A DNA stretch of 64,000 nt. Source: Eukaryota sp. GEM-RC1 (lineage: Eukaryota). The notes under the pieces were generated by a model. The model did no database searches and had not been told where the DNA came from. It saw nothing but the letters and a program-made list of their open reading frames with translations. The stretch spans positions 868,001-932,000 of the forward strand of contig JAUFOQ010000001.1 of the NCBI GenBank assembly GCA_040285855.1. Reading direction: 5' to 3'. Below, piece after piece: positions 22,744 to 35,978 of the stretch. Numbering within the stretch: the first letter of the stretch is position 1; each line of letters starts with the position of its first letter. The translations under genes were made by a program, and so were the position numbers.

Positions 22744-24168
22744 TTACCAAATATTTTGAATAATTCCATCTTCACTATCGACAGCACCACGAAGTTGTTG
22801 AATCAACAAATTACAGCTATCAATAATCGTTTCCCCACTAACAAAACTATCAAACAGGCAATATAGAACATAATCAGGGGTTTGAAACCCGACAATCTTT
22901 CCTAATTGGGAAACTTCCCGAACAGAAACCTTTGGACTCTTCATTGTGATAGAATCTTGATCAGAATCCATCTCAGCATTAAAAAACAAATCCGAATGAA
23001 TTTGGAAATACAATTGATTCAATTCTTTTTTTAAATTAGTACAATTAAGAGGAAACTCAAAGGAAGAGGAAACAAACTTCTTTGGGGGCACAATGTAACA
23101 AATAAAGTGGCGCAATCGTAATATTCCTAAATTACTTATTGAAAATGTATTAAAAGCGTTAGTTAGTTTGGGTAAGAACGGGGATAACGAATTTTTTAAA
23201 TTTTCAGAATATTTGGTCAGCGCTTCGACATTTGATGCTTTTCTAGTACCAGTAATTAAGAACATTGTTGGAGAATCATAAACTTTCTCAATCATCAAAT
23301 AAATCCAAGAATTTGAAATTGATGACGTAAATGAAAAACAAAAGGGGACAAGATTTCTAGAATTACTATTATGCATTGAGGTTTGAGTTTGAATCAGATT
23401 CAAAAGCAATACTAAGTCAGAAGTATGAATACTTTGAAGATTCTTTGGGAATCCCATACCAATGACGTGATCTTGAGTGCATAAGATTGTAAACACAATA
23501 GCAGGATCATTAGGTGGCAGAATTGACTTCTGAAGACTTCTTCGGAGGTCAAGAGACAGAATGGGAGAGGGGATAGTTGAGAAGTAAGGGAATAAAGACT
23601 GGTTTAGAAGGGAGAGGAGATTGTCAAAGAGTGTCTTAGATCCAGATAAGTAATGGGCAAGCTTCTTCTTCTCAACAGACACTCGGACCCCAGTCAGAAG
23701 TGAAGTAATGAGACCGTGGACAAAGCCAAGTTGAGTGAAGAGGATGGGGGGAGGGAGAGAGTCAGAGACAATGGCGAAGACGAGGGAGTGTTCGTAGAAG
23801 AAGACCATGTTTGTTTTTCCTGCCTGGATGAGTTTAGGGTTGTAGGCTGACAGACGAGCAGGAGTGGTGGCGAGACCATCACCGATGGAGGATATGAGGC
23901 CAATTGTGGCACTGAGGACTCCACAGAAGGAGTTGAGAGAGTGTTCATCTCCATGGAGAGTGTAGACAGGGAGGCCAGAGTCGTTCATTATTATGAGATG
24001 AGAACGGTCTCTGCCCCATTCAAGAGTTCCTTCTGATTGTTCTGGAGGTAGTTTCGGATCAGAAGTGAGAGAGAGTTTCTGAATACTGTCCATGAGAGAA
24101 TCAGAAAAATTGTTCTGTGAAACAGGAGGTGGAGGTGTTGGCTTACGATTGGGTGTGTGAGAGGACAT
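22744..24168 (-). CDS. MON1: Mon1/SAND family vacuolar fusion protein (Rab7 GEF subunit)
   Basis: HLIIMNDSGLPVYTLHGDE..LNSFCGVLSA (first longin domain), IQAGKTNMVF, SDLVLLLNLI, LVPFC, LRHFI. Confidence 0.85.
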   Translation of the reverse strand: MSSHTPNRKPTPPPPVSQNNFSDSLMDSIQKLSLTSDPKLPPEQSEGTLEWGRDRSHLIIMNDSGLPVYTLHGDEHSLNSFCGVLSATIGLISSIGDGLATTPARLSAYNPKLIQAGKTNMVFFYEHSLVFAIVSDSLPPPILFTQLGFVHGLITSLLTGVRVSVEKKKLAHYLSGSKTLFDNLLSLLNQSLFPYFSTIPSPILSLDLRRSLQKSILPPNDPAIVFTILCTQDHVIGMGFPKNLQSIHTSDLVLLLNLIQTQTSMHNSNSRNLVPFCFSFTSSISNSWIYLMIEKVYDSPTMFLITGTRKASNVEALTKYSENLKNSLSPFLPKLTNAFNTFSISNLGILRLRHFICYIVPPKKFVSSSFEFPLNCTNLKKELNQLYFQIHSDLFFNAEMDSDQDSITMKSPKVSVREVSQLGKIVGFQTPDYVLYCLFDSFVSGETIIDSCNLLIQQLRGAVDSEDGIIQNIW

Positions 24169-24201
24169 TGGTTGAGTATGGGTTAAGATTCTTGTTTGTT
24201 T

Positions 24202-24238
24202 TGAAAATCAAGTTCTTAACTTAAGAACTTGATTTTCA
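24202..24238. promoter_or_regulatory. Perfect 37-bp palindrome just upstream of MON1
   Basis: TGAAAATCAAGTTCTTAA-C-TTAAGAACTTGATTTTCA, starting 34 nt from the ATG; regulatory role is inferred. Confidence 0.5.
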
Positions 24239-25536
24239 TAACATTCCTAGTAGTGTAGTAAGTTCTGCCTTTATGGTACACAGACACAGGTGTGTCAAAT
24301 TGACTATCTGTGTGACACGGGGATGCACGGACCGTGTATTTTTATTTGTAATAAACAAATTTTCATTAATAAAAGTCATAAGAATGAAGATAGTACATGT
24401 ACGTATTCTGAACATATTTTGAAAGGTTGTACAAAGTAGTTTGCAATAAAGAGATGAACTTTTGTCTTTATATGTTTAAAGATGGATAAAAATGCGTACA
24501 ACAAAGTCGTCTAGCACAAACACACGGAGTGGCAAAAACCAGGCTTGTCACTTAATAAAAATGATCAAAACGTATTTTGGTATTGCATAAACCACGGGCT
24601 TTCAAAATAGAAGAAGATTTTGTAACAAATCCCAAAATGGAAAATCTGATTCAATTACTAACATTTTGAATTTCGTCATCAGAGATTTTTGATTTGTTTC
24701 TCTTGGACCTAGACCATTCAGACAGTTTCTCCACTCTTGAGAAAACAATGCACATGAAATAACACCTGTCATAATAAGACAAAACTAGAGTTTAAAACGT
24801 TTTTTATCAACTGACAAGCCTGCGTGTGACATACAGCAACACGTGTGGCAGTTTGGCTTGTGCTGCGTACTCTAATAAACACCTGTAATAAACTGAGATG
24901 ATGGAAAACAACATTTCGGGGAAATTACAACCGATAGTAGCATGTACTCGAGACTCCACTTCACTCCAAATTTCTATGAGTGGAGTGAAACTTGTTTCTT
25001 CACAAGCGCTCCTAAATAGGTAATGTACATCATATATCATGGTAAACACATACCACCATGTAACAATAGCACACAATACTTGTGTAGTGAGAGATAAATA
25101 CTGATGTCATCCATCTGCAGCTCATGACTACAATTAGTGACGGCATAGGAAATGCTCTTCAAAGATACTGATTTTCGATATTTATCGAGATACTCCAAAA
25201 CTATGTTTTGAGTAATTTTTGATAAAATTATATATTGTACAATCAAAACAAACTACCAAACGAACTACAAGTACATACCAACCGACTTGCTGACAGCGGC
25301 TTGATGCAAGCAGATGAAACAGTTGCTTTGGTTCTTTTAGCAATAGAATGCTCCAGTTTTTGTATCTTCGAAAGGCTGTCGAGAGAGGTGTTTAATATCA
25401 ATTCCATGGAGTAAAAGGTCAAATAAAAGTCCTTTCATAAGAGAAAGATTTGGTTGGAGGAAAACTTGGGGACGAAATCTTGTTAAAAATAAGAAATGTT
25501 TTTCATGCCAAGATGCAACCAGATTTAAAACTACAA

Positions 25537-26902
25537 ATGGATAAAACAGAGTTTTCTTGTTCTAAGTCGTGTGATAATTTAACTAGTTGATCTTTTTAAA
25601 CAAGAGTTTTCTGCATCAATCTCTGTGTTCTTCTGCTTTGCAGAAGCTAACTCTTTTGGCAGAATTATAAACATATTCGGGAACCATTGATTTCAATTCC
25701 AATTCTAGTTTAGAAATGATAGATTTTAAATTTGTAGAAGACTGTTGAGATTCGGATAATTCACGCGCTTTTTCAAAAATTTCTGATTGAAGTGACAAAA
25801 CACTGTCAGACAATTTAGAGATCTCTCTGTTCAAATTCTTCAAATCAGCAGAAGATCGATCATTGACATGATTGTTTGATTCATCTCCAATTGACTCGCA
25901 ATCCTTTGGGAATTCTTTTGATAGTTTGTTCAATGATTCATAAATATCTTCTAAGCTTGGTCTTTCATTCAAGTCCACGTGGCAACAACTTGAAATCAGA
26001 TCAACAATGCATTGGTCAATATTTGGAGGAAATTTCAGTGGCAAGGAACTCATTTTGGCTCCAACAATTGCAGCAACATCATAATCTTCAAAAAGAATTT
26101 CATTACAAAACAATTCATAAAGAATCAGACCAAGGCTGTAGATATCAGATTTGAGAGACTTTGTATTAGAGAGAGCTTCAGGAGCAACATATTTCAAAGT
26201 AAAATTGAGTTGATTAGTTCTGTGAGCAGTTGTTTCAGAAAGAACTTTCGAAGTACCAAAGTCACTCAATCTAGCAGCACCTCCTACAATCAACACATTT
26301 TCTGGTTTAAGATCGCCATGTAGAATGTTGTGGGAGTGTAAATGTAGAAGTGCTTCTACGATCTGTTTAGCATAAGTTAAGGAGAGAGGTGAAACTGAGG
26401 AAGGTACAGTAAGGGAAGCGGAAGCCTTTTCCATCACAATGCCAAGTTGATTCTCGGGTAGCCAAACAAGGCCAAAGACACGAAGAACACACGGATGGTT
26501 GAGATTAAACATGGTCAACAGTTCTTTACGGAGTCTAACTCTGTCCTTTTCAGAGTTACAGAGAACAACCTTCACCGCCACCGCTGCATTGCTCCATGTC
26601 CCATGGTAGACGCGAGAAGAACCACCGACGCCAAGAGGTTTGGTGAAATCGATCTGGAGATGACTTTCAGGTATTTCATAAAGGAACTCCCCAGATTTTG
26701 ATGACGTTACAACATCTAATAATGCGTGATTAGTTACAGGCTTGGAGAGTTTTGGGGTGCGACAGAAAGGACATGCGGATACAGAGGAGGCACACTTCAA
26801 ACACGATGTATGTTGATTACTGCATATCACAGTTGGTGTATGATCTTTACTGTTATAGGACTCCTCACAGATTTTGCAACGGAGGATGTTGGATAGAGAC
26901 AT
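25537..26902 (-). pseudogene. RING - protein kinase - coiled coil paralog lacking the SPRY-like cassette (frameshifted tail)
   Basis: CKIC..CSNQHTSCLKC..CPFC RING; VAVK, HGDLKPEN, DFG, APE; homology to 34089-35978 continues out of frame to ~25537 and then stops. Confidence 0.8.
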
Positions 26903-27229
26903 GATTAAGGGGGTGAGTGTCAAATTACAAGCCACAAATCAAGTCAATGTTACTTTGAAGAACACTGAAATCAAATGTGAATTGCTTGTATTGGAACACT
27001 TACGATATGTTTAAATCAAGTACAAGAGTAAAAAGACAAAGATGTCAATAGACTGTGGTAGTATTAACTTGAAGTGTAGTCCGATTCTACTCAAAATTCT
27101 AAACATGTTGGAACCAAAAGAATTTATGTATGGAATATTACTGTTATTTGTTGTTAATTTAAATTAAAACACAGTTTTGATGTGATGATACTTATGTATG
27201 AATGAAAGTATAATTCGTTATTCTTCACA

Positions 27230-27800
27230 TCACGTCATCATCACTAATAAAATCAATGTCAGGCAGGAAACATTCCACAATTTTACTAAAAAGCTCCTAT
27301 TCCTGTCAAAAGAACATTTCCTAGGTAAATGACACATCCAAACGTGGGAAGAAAACAGTCCCATTTTGTCAATTTTTCCAATGGTGCAAATATTACTGAT
27401 CTGATACGATATGAAATCATTTCACAATCTGAATTTATTGCAAAAAGAAACCAAAGTTCCGATCATCAATTATATTGTTCCTGGGCATCAGAAACATTAG
27501 AAATAATCATACTATCATTAGGTAAATCTGTAAATTCCATTTCTCAGCTTCATCGCAGAATTACCTAAAGACTTTCATTATCAGCATTTCAAGTCCAAAA
27601 AGATGGGAATTTGAAATATCTGATTACTGAACAGTGTTGTTTCGTTGCATGATGTTATTTAAAAGTAGTTCACAGAAATGATAATCAAGGTGTGAAGGGA
27701 AGAACTGACTTCTTCAGTAAACTCTGGGCTTAAATGACAGGCATATTAAACAAAAACAACAACTACAAATAGGGAAAGAACTCTTACTATAAGTAAGTAA
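27230..27800. repeat. Degenerate repeat X, duplicated at ~32550-33580
   Basis: Aligns by eye (AAATCATTTC..AATCTG, AAAAGAAACCAAAGTT, TCTGTAAATTCCATTTCTCAGCTTCATC, TTCAGTAAACTCTGGGCTT); provides the empty site for the 32846 insertion. Confidence 0.8.
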
Positions 27801-27939
27801 AAACATCAAACAACAAAATTGGACTACTGAAAAAGTACAACCAGTCAACCACAGGAACGAAATTATCAACTAAATCTACATTGACCATTCTTCATCATAG
27901 ATATCATCATTATTGTTACACCTCAAAAGAACAACTGCT

Positions 27940-28160
27940 GTGACAAACGTGAGCACTGTTTTCACACTGACCATCAACTCTAAACTTTGACTTGTCAATG
28001 ATTCTAATAAAAAGACCGAACAAACATACAATCAACTTCCAAAGTACCTTAACTTTTAAGTGATACTTTACCTGAGATTACCGATGATGAAGGAATTGAT
28101 TGCGACACCTCGGTAGCTGTCCTTTGCATGGATAAACTAGAGTTTTCTCGTTCTCGTTCT
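27940..28160 (-). pseudogene. Decayed linker plus SPRY-like remnant
   Basis: ENSSLSMQRTATEVSQSIP linker and GLFIRIIDKSKFRVDGQCENSAH match the kinase-type cassette. Confidence 0.7.
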
Positions 28161-29209
28161 CCTTCATGAAAATGTTTTTTTTGATAATTGTGTAGGCTAT
28201 AAGTGAATCAGACGTCAACACTGGCCAATATAAAAATGTTTGAAAAGACCACTAGTTCCAACAGATTGACAATAAAATAGAGTGGTAGTAGAAACTGTAT
28301 TGAGAAGTGATTTGAACTCATTGGTGAAGTAAGATATTCTACTTCACGTTATACAGGGCGATAACAACATTCAATTCTTATTGCTGATCTTAAAGTTAAT
28401 ACTTCAATAGATGAAGGTGAAAACCATTTCAAACACTTCAATGAAAAATCATATTCATCGTCATTGTTTTTAGCATGGTTTTTAATTACTAATTTCCAGT
28501 AATCGTAATTGTAGGAATTCTTGGAATTCGTGAAGACCAATTTTGTAACGCCAGAATTACTGGAATTCAAGGAATTTCTTAAACAAAAATTTTCTTAATT
28601 CCTATGACAACACTTAACAAAATGGACCAAGTCAAGATCATGCATACCGCTTCGTTGTAATTAATCTACACTGGTTAGTTCCAAAAGACTGCTCGACGCC
28701 GACACAATTTTTACATCAACTTACGTTGTTGAACGAACCAACATCGAAAGTAGATTTTTCGAGTACATTCATCTACCATCATATGGTATCAAACATAAAA
28801 GTGTTATCAACATTGAGTATTTGGGTATAAAATTAACCCATTTTGTAGTCGAAGTTCTGAACCATAATTTTAGTTTGTGCTACATTTGTGAGATGGATTT
28901 CCACTTGCGTATGGTTTGTGTTGTCACTTTGCAGAAATTGTGTGAATAAAAATTAGAATCGAAAGTTCGTTCTTTCACAGAAAATCTCCGGTAATTGTAC
29001 GATTTCTAGAAGTGATCGTAACTCTAAGAATTCCTGGAATTACTGTAGTAATCGTAATTGTAGGAATTCTAGGAGTTCCTGATCCGACAACCCAGTCAAT
29101 TGAAAAGTATGGTTTTTAGCCAATGATTGATTAACCCCGTTCTCAATGAACTAAGACCAACAACAGAGGAACATTGAATGAACCAAAATCTGAGTACCTC
29201 TGAACTTAA

Positions 29210-29560
29210 TGATGACGTCAGCAGTTCTACTCTCCTTCACATACCAAAAGGGTTCAGTTTGAAGTTTTGCACGTTGCCACAAAGCTATTCAAAAACATCT
29301 TATGCTAGTTACTTGACTTAAGATGAAGTTAATACACTTTACTCAATGCTTCAAAGATTTCCCATAACATAAAAGCGGGAAACTGTGAGGTTTTATCACT
29401 TGTTATTGTAAAGCTTGTTGTACCTAAAGCTGTAAAAATGCTTGGTCAACATTTAATATCAGTGTTGCTAGTCAAGAGACCTTCAAATGTATTTCCAAAT
29501 TTCTAGAACACATGCCTTCAGAAGTTTCCGCAATTGTCAGCTGTACTACGGACGACTTTT
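29210..29560 (+). mobile_element. Decayed N-terminal fragment of a CRE-like ORF
   Basis: TLLHIPKGFSLKFC and LEHMPSEVS echo CRE N-terminal motifs and the NHTLPAEVS of the 15228 element. Confidence 0.45.
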
Positions 29561-29929
29561 AGTTGATTACTGATGGAAATCTGGAGAGAACTGATGTTAA
29601 ACTAAAAGTATAACTTTTATTATGAGAGAGTGTATTTCGAACAATAAATTGATACATGCTAATTCAGAAAATGAGAAGCCAAATTCTCCACATCAACACG
29701 AGAATTATACCCATACAACTTCGAATAAAATATCATTATTGTTTCTATTTAAATGCAGTATGTGATTGAAAATAAATACAAAAAAATGTTCTATCTTTCA
29801 AATATACATAAAATCTAAAGACGTAACCAAAACTAACAAAAATAAATAAATAAGAGTAAATAAGTAAATATACAATTATGTATCGCAAAAGTTGGAAGTC
29901 CAACCCTATTTTTTAAAATATATTGTCCG

Positions 29930-30250
29930 TATACATAAAACGGGGGTTCACGATCAATACGATGAAATGATTGCAAATAACAGACACCAACGAAAGTAAC
30001 TGAAGTATAATCCTTCTGTTATTCACCTAACAACTGGCATCGAATTAAAATATCCAGTTATGGACCGACAGCGACCTAAAAATTTCACTGAAAACTGCAC
30101 CATACTCAAAATACAATTTACCAAAAGAAGTCAAAAAACCTTGTGCAGCCGGTCAAACATTACCGTAAACCGACATCATGGTTGGTTGAAACTCCAAAGA
30201 ATTGTACCTGTCAACATTCAATTGGGTAATCTAATGTCATTATATTACCA
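29930..30250 (-). mobile_element. Degenerate 3' fragment of a CRE-like element; partly duplicated at ~33620-33800
   Basis: Reverse complement aligns with 3560-3880 (CAATTGAATGTTGACAGGTACAATTCTTT..TTTCAACC). Confidence 0.75.
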
Positions 30251-30519
30251 AAATCAATAGTAATGTACCTTCTTTCATGTTTCTATTAGGACCATGACGA
30301 TAAACACTGTTGACATCTGTAGAGTGAGCAAAACATGTTGTGAATTCAACTTAGAAACCTCTAAAACTTAACTGTGGACCTCTAGAACTCAGTTTAATGT
30401 CAATATTGGAGGAAAGTCGATTATTACATTTTGTCCAAGAATTAGCTTTTCAGAATATTCCCATTTTGAATCACTGCTTTAAATAAGGAAACTTACCCAC
30501 AATGACAATGTCATCTACT

Positions 30520-31367
30520 TTATTCAACGACTTCAAGTACATGATCAGGTCTACCTAATAAAGCAAACGGATAATAATTTCCACTTCATAATCTGGGAAG
30601 AGTTCCAGTAAGATTAATATAAGGAGAATCCACGGTTTTGATGGTTAAAGTGTAGGTGATTAGATTAGCATTGATTTCGAGTAATTCACCAGGAACCCAA
30701 TTATTTTTGATCCCTGAGAGACAACCACGCATACGATCACAATTTTCAAAACAGTGAGCCCATTCCCAAGACCAGTAACCCTCAACTTTAAACTCTGACT
30801 CGTCAATGACTCCAACAAATAGACACCTAGTATACCCCTGGTATCTCAACTTCCAAGTATACAGCTTACCTGGAAGAAGTGGATCTTCTCCCAAGATATT
30901 TTTATAACCAGAATTGGGCTCGACAAAAGCAGTCGTTTTTCTGCCGATTGTTTGAAATAATAAAAATTTCCTAGTTCGAAAGAAATTAATCAAATTTGAT
31001 TGAGGAACTGATGAAGATACCTCTGTATTTGTCCCTTGCGTGGATAAACTAGAGTTTTCTTGTTCTAAATCACGTGATAATTGAGAAAGTTGGTCTTTTA
31101 AACGAGAGTTTTCTGCATCAATCTCTGAGTTCTTCTGTTTTATAGAAGTTAACTGATTATTGACAGAACTAAAAACAGATTCATGAACCATTGATTTCAA
31201 TTCCAACTCTAATTTTGAGATGATATTTTTTAAATTTGTAGACAACTGTTGAGATTCGGACAATTCACGCGATTTGTCAAAAATTTCTGATTGAAGTGAC
31301 AAAACTCTATCAGACATTTGAGATTTCTGCTTGTTCAAATTCTTCAAATCAGCAGAAGATCGATCAT
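30520..31367 (-). pseudogene. 5'-truncated coiled coil - SPRY-like copy E of the kinase-type gene, with a premature TGA
   Basis: Near-identical to 34089-34940; AGA to TGA in LPRL*SGNYYPFALLGRPDHVLEVVE*. Confidence 0.9.
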
Positions 31368-32845
31368 TCGTGTATTTGTGTATTTGTATTTTTTATTTTT
31401 CTGTATTAAAATACTGTATTTTTTTACGTTTATTTTTTCTCACTACTCACCTGTAAAAGTACCTTTTTTGATGTACATATAGTTCTTTTATCTCCAATTT
31501 TTCTTGATGGGAAGTCAATAAAAACTTGATACTAACCAAGATAGAATGAACTATACATTGATAAACTATATCTATGTAGTGTTGTCACATTCTATTGTTG
31601 TCTGTAGACATAGAGTGAAGTAAATTGAATTTATTATAAGGGTACTGTTCCAGTACTAACACTATGAAACAATGGAATTGTGTGTCATTTTCTTCCGCTT
31701 CTATCTCATGACAACTTGCCCTTCTGTCGTCTTTGAGACTTCACCAGACGATTGTGTTTCTACACAAGCAGGGCACAAAGTACGTGCCAAAACCAAACCA
31801 ACAAGAAAGAAAAACAGAATTGAGTCTGAGGAGGAGAGTGAGACAATTGATTAGTCTCTATTTACTGAATGTATTATAGTTTTAAGTATTAATAAAAAGA
31901 AAAGGTAAATTGACAAGTTACCAGACAATTTTGGGTAAATTGACAAAACTTTTTGAGAAATTGTCGCACGACATTTTTTTCTCGTGTCATAAAGATTGTC
32001 ACTATACCATCAAATTTGAATGTCAATTACAAGTTTTTATTGATCCAGAATAACATCATGTAACTACTGAGTTCTGGGTTGACGGCGTGGTGGCTCATCG
32101 TTCTCTACACAAGTTCGTTTGTTATGGCCCCGTTGTCCACATACAGTACACGTTACCCTTCTGTCGATATTTTGGATATCAGCTCGAACTACCTCGTTGG
32201 AAGTTTGGTTTCTTGTAGGATTTCGTGGTCTACCTCTTTGAGGGATATCTTGTCTTCTCGGGTTCTCAGGTCATTGTTGCTCGGATAACAACTGTTTCAG
32301 TTTAGGGATTAATAAGCCTTTCGGGATGGAGGAAAGACTCTCAATGCTGTTCCAAAGAAACATTCTCTAATAAAAACGAATCTAAATGTTGAACATCAGT
32401 GTTGTCTATGTTTACTACTAAAAATACAGATAATACAACTTCATTACTTTTGTATTTTTGTATTTTTATCTGTATCTGTATTTTTGTATTTTTGTATCTG
32501 TATTTTTTTAAACCCTTGTATTTTCCAGGTATGGATGAAACTTTAATTCATTACGTCACAATCACTAATGAAATCAATGTCAGGGAAGAAACACTCCCCA
32601 ATGTTACTGCAAAGCTCATAATCTTGTCAAAAGAACGTTTCATCTGTAAAGGACACATCCAAGCGTTTGGGGAAAACAATATCCCAGTATATTAATTTTT
32701 GCTATTAAACAAATATTATAGATCTGGAACAACATGAAATCATTTCATAATCTGCATTTGTCATAAAAAGAAACCAAAGTTGTGATCATCAATTCTATTG
32801 TTCCTCGTCGTCAGAAACATTAGATATAACACAATATCATTAGCT

Positions 32846-33290
32846 TGTTGTGGTTGATTTTACTACAGTTGACCCGTTTGCAAAAGTCTACCAAGACTCC
32901 ACATTCAATGATTCGAATGGTCATCTGGAAAAAGCTGAACAACGAAAGTGTTCAAATTATGCGGATGCTTTACAGAAGCTTAATGAAAATCTATATTCTA
33001 AGTTTTCATTTGTTCCATTTGCCATTTCAATTTTTGGTAATATTGGTCCAGCCGGTTTAAAGTTTTTCAGCGATTTTAGTCTTTTATGTCGTTCTAATGG
33101 CAAGGTGTTTAATAGCGCTGTATGGATTAATCGAATTATGTTCGCTCTTTATAGAAGCATTCCCAAGTATTTATGTTCCATTTATTCGAAGTTGTATAGG
33201 GACAATTCTCGGGTTGATGTGGAGAATTTAACTTCTTTCATTTTCTGAATTAGTATGTATTAATTTATTGTTGCAAATAAACTTTTATCC
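32846..33290 (+). mobile_element. 5'-truncated CRE-like insertion nested in repeat X
   Basis: VDFTTVDP..AEQRKCSNY..FVPFAISIFGNIGPAG; exact 12-bp TSD ATATCATTAGCT at 32834-32845 and 33291-33302; paralogous empty site near 27510. Confidence 0.92.
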
Positions 33291-34088
33291 ATATCATTAG
33301 CTACGTCTGTAAATTCCATTTCTCAGCTTCATCGGAGAATTACCTATAGTCTTTCAATATCAGCTTTTAAAGACTGAAAAGATGAGAATTTGAAATAACT
33401 GATGACTGAACAGTGTTGCTTTGTTGAATTGTGTCATTAAAAAATTGTTATAAAGAAATGACAATCAAATTGTGCAGGGAAGAACTTACTTCAGTAAACT
33501 CTGGGCTTTAATGACAGACATATTAAACAAAAACAAGGACTACAAATCGATAATAAATCTTTACTATAAGTAAACACATAAGACATTCAAGACCTTCTGT
33601 TTTTCGCCAAATTGACACAAAATCGAATTAAAATATCTAGTTATGAAACGACAGCGATCAAAAAATTTCACTGAAAACTGCACCAAACTCAAAATTCAAT
33701 TTACCAAAAGAAGTCAAAAACCTCGTACACGGGGACCAACATTACCGTATAGCGACATTGTACCTGTCAACATTCAATTGGGTAATCTAATGTCATTATA
33801 TTACCAAAATCAATAGTAATGTACCTTCTTTCATGTTTCTATTAGGACCGTGACGATAAACACTGTTGACATCTGTAGAGTGAGCAAAACATGTTGTGAA
33901 TTCAACTTAGAAACCTCTAAAACTTAACTGTGGACCTCTAGAACTCAGTTGAATGGCAATATTGGAGCCGTTTGATCACAATATCTTCCATAAGAATTAG
34001 CTTTTCAGAATACCATACATTTTCAAAAAATAATTTCAATAACCGCTTCAAATAAGGACATTTACCCAAAATGACAATGTTATCAACT

Positions 34089-35978
34089 TTATGCAACAAC
34101 TTGAAGTACATGATCAGATTTACCTAATAAAGCAAACGGATAATAATTTCCACTTCTTAATCTGGGAAGAGTTCCAGTAAGATTAATATAAGGAGAACCC
34201 ACGGTTTTGATGGTTAAAGTGTAGGTGATTAGATTAGCACTGATTTCAAGTAATTCACCAGCATTCCATTTATTTTTGATTCCTGAGAGACAACCACGAA
34301 TACGATCACCATCATTTTCAAAACAATGAGCCCATTCCCAAGACCAATAACCATCAACTTTAAACTTTGACTCGTCAATTACTCCAACGAAAAGATAACG
34401 ATCACGTCCCCGGTACCTCAACTTCCAAGTATACTCATTACCTGGAAGAAGTGGATCTTCTCCCAAGATATTTTTATAACCAGAATTGGGCTCGACAGAA
34501 GCAGTGGTTTTTCTGCCGATTGCTTGAAATAAAGAATATCTCCTAGTTCGGAAGAAATTAATCAAATTTGATTGAGGAACTGATGAAGATACCTCTGTAG
34601 ATGTCCCTTGCATAGATAAACTAGAGTTTTCTTGTTCTAAATCACGTGATAATTGAGTAAGTTGGTCTTTTAAACGAGAGTTTTCTGCATCAATTTCTGA
34701 GTTCTTCTGTTTTATAGAAGCTAACTGATTATTGACAGAACTAAAAACAGATTCATGAACCATTGATTTCAATTCCAACTCTAATTTTGAGATGATATTT
34801 TTTAAATTTGTAGACAACTGTTGAGATTCGGACAATTCACGTGATTTGTCAAAAATTTCTGATTGAAGTGACAAAACTCTATCAGACAATTGAGATTTCT
34901 GTTTGTTCAAATTCTCCAAATCAGTAGAAGATCGATCATCTACATGATAGTTTGTTTTTTCCTCAATGGACTTGCAATCTTTTGGAAATTCCTTTGACAG
35001 TTTGTTCAATGATTCATAAATATCTTCTAGACTTGGTCTTTCATTCATGTCTAAGTGGCAACAACTTGAAATCAGATCAACAATACGTTGGTCAATATTT
35101 GGGGGAAAGTTGGACTGCAAAGTACCCATTTTGGCTCCAACAATTGCAGCAGCATCATAACCTTCGAAAAGACTTTCATTGCAAAACAATTCATAAAGCA
35201 TCATACCAAGGCTATAGATATCAGATTTGAGAGACTTTGTATTAGAGAGAGCTTCAGGAGCTACGTATTTCAAAGTAAAATTGAGTTGATTAGTTCCATG
35301 AGTAGTTGTTTCAGAAAGAACTTTCGAAGTACCAAAGTCACTCAATCTAGCAGCACCTCCTACAATCAATACGTTTTCTGGTTTAAGATCGCCATGTAGA
35401 ATGTTGTGGGAGTGAAGATGTAGAAGTGCTTCTACGATCTGTTTAGCATAGGTTAAGGAGAGAAGTGAAACTGAGGAAGGTACAGTAAGGGAAGCGGACG
35501 CCTTTTCCATGACAATACCAAGTTGATTCTCGGGTAACCAAACAAGGCCAAAGACACGCAGAACACACGGATGGCTGAGATTAAACAAGGTCAGCAGTTC
35601 TTTCCGGAGTCTAAGTCTGTCTTTTTCAGAGTTACAGAGAACAACCTTCACCGCGATCGTTGCATTGTTCCATGTCCCAGAGTAGACGCGAGAGGAACCA
35701 CCAACGCCAAGAGGTTTAGAGAAATCAATCTCGAGGTCGCTTTCAGGTATTTCACATAGGAACTCCCCAGATTTTGATAACGTAACAACGTCTAACAGTG
35801 CGTGATTAGTTACAGGCTTGGGGAGTTTTGGGATGCGACAGAAAGGACATGCGGAGAGAGAGGAGGTACACGTCAAACAGGATGTATGTTGATTACTGCA
35901 TATCACAGTTGGTGTATGATCTTTACTGTTATAGGACTCCTCACAGATTTTGCATCGGAGGATGTTGGATAGAGACAT
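34089..35978 (-). CDS. RING - Ser/Thr/TKL-like protein kinase - coiled coil - SPRY-like protein, copy D (629 aa, intact)
   Basis: RING Cys/His pattern, LGVGGSSRV, IAVK, HGDLKPEN, DFG, APE; heptads; same C-terminal cassette and 3' UTR as the BTB genes. Confidence 0.9.
   Translation of the reverse strand: MSLSNILRCKICEESYNSKDHTPTVICSNQHTSCLTCTSSLSACPFCRIPKLPKPVTNHALLDVVTLSKSGEFLCEIPESDLEIDFSKPLGVGGSSRVYSGTWNNATIAVKVVLCNSEKDRLRLRKELLTLFNLSHPCVLRVFGLVWLPENQLGIVMEKASASLTVPSSVSLLSLTYAKQIVEALLHLHSHNILHGDLKPENVLIVGGAARLSDFGTSKVLSETTTHGTNQLNFTLKYVAPEALSNTKSLKSDIYSLGMMLYELFCNESLFEGYDAAAIVGAKMGTLQSNFPPNIDQRIVDLISSCCHLDMNERPSLEDIYESLNKLSKEFPKDCKSIEEKTNYHVDDRSSTDLENLNKQKSQLSDRVLSLQSEIFDKSRELSESQQLSTNLKNIISKLELELKSMVHESVFSSVNNQLASIKQKNSEIDAENSRLKDQLTQLSRDLEQENSSLSMQGTSTEVSSSVPQSNLINFFRTRRYSLFQAIGRKTTASVEPNSGYKNILGEDPLLPGNEYTWKLRYRGRDRYLFVGVIDESKFKVDGYWSWEWAHCFENDGDRIRGCLSGIKNKWNAGELLEISANLITYTLTIKTVGSPYINLTGTLPRLRSGNYYPFALLGKSDHVLQVVA

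Noticed and set aside
25876..26701. Conserved antisense ORFs repeated at 34952-35759
   Set aside because: Shadows of the duplicated kinase genes with no independent coding signal
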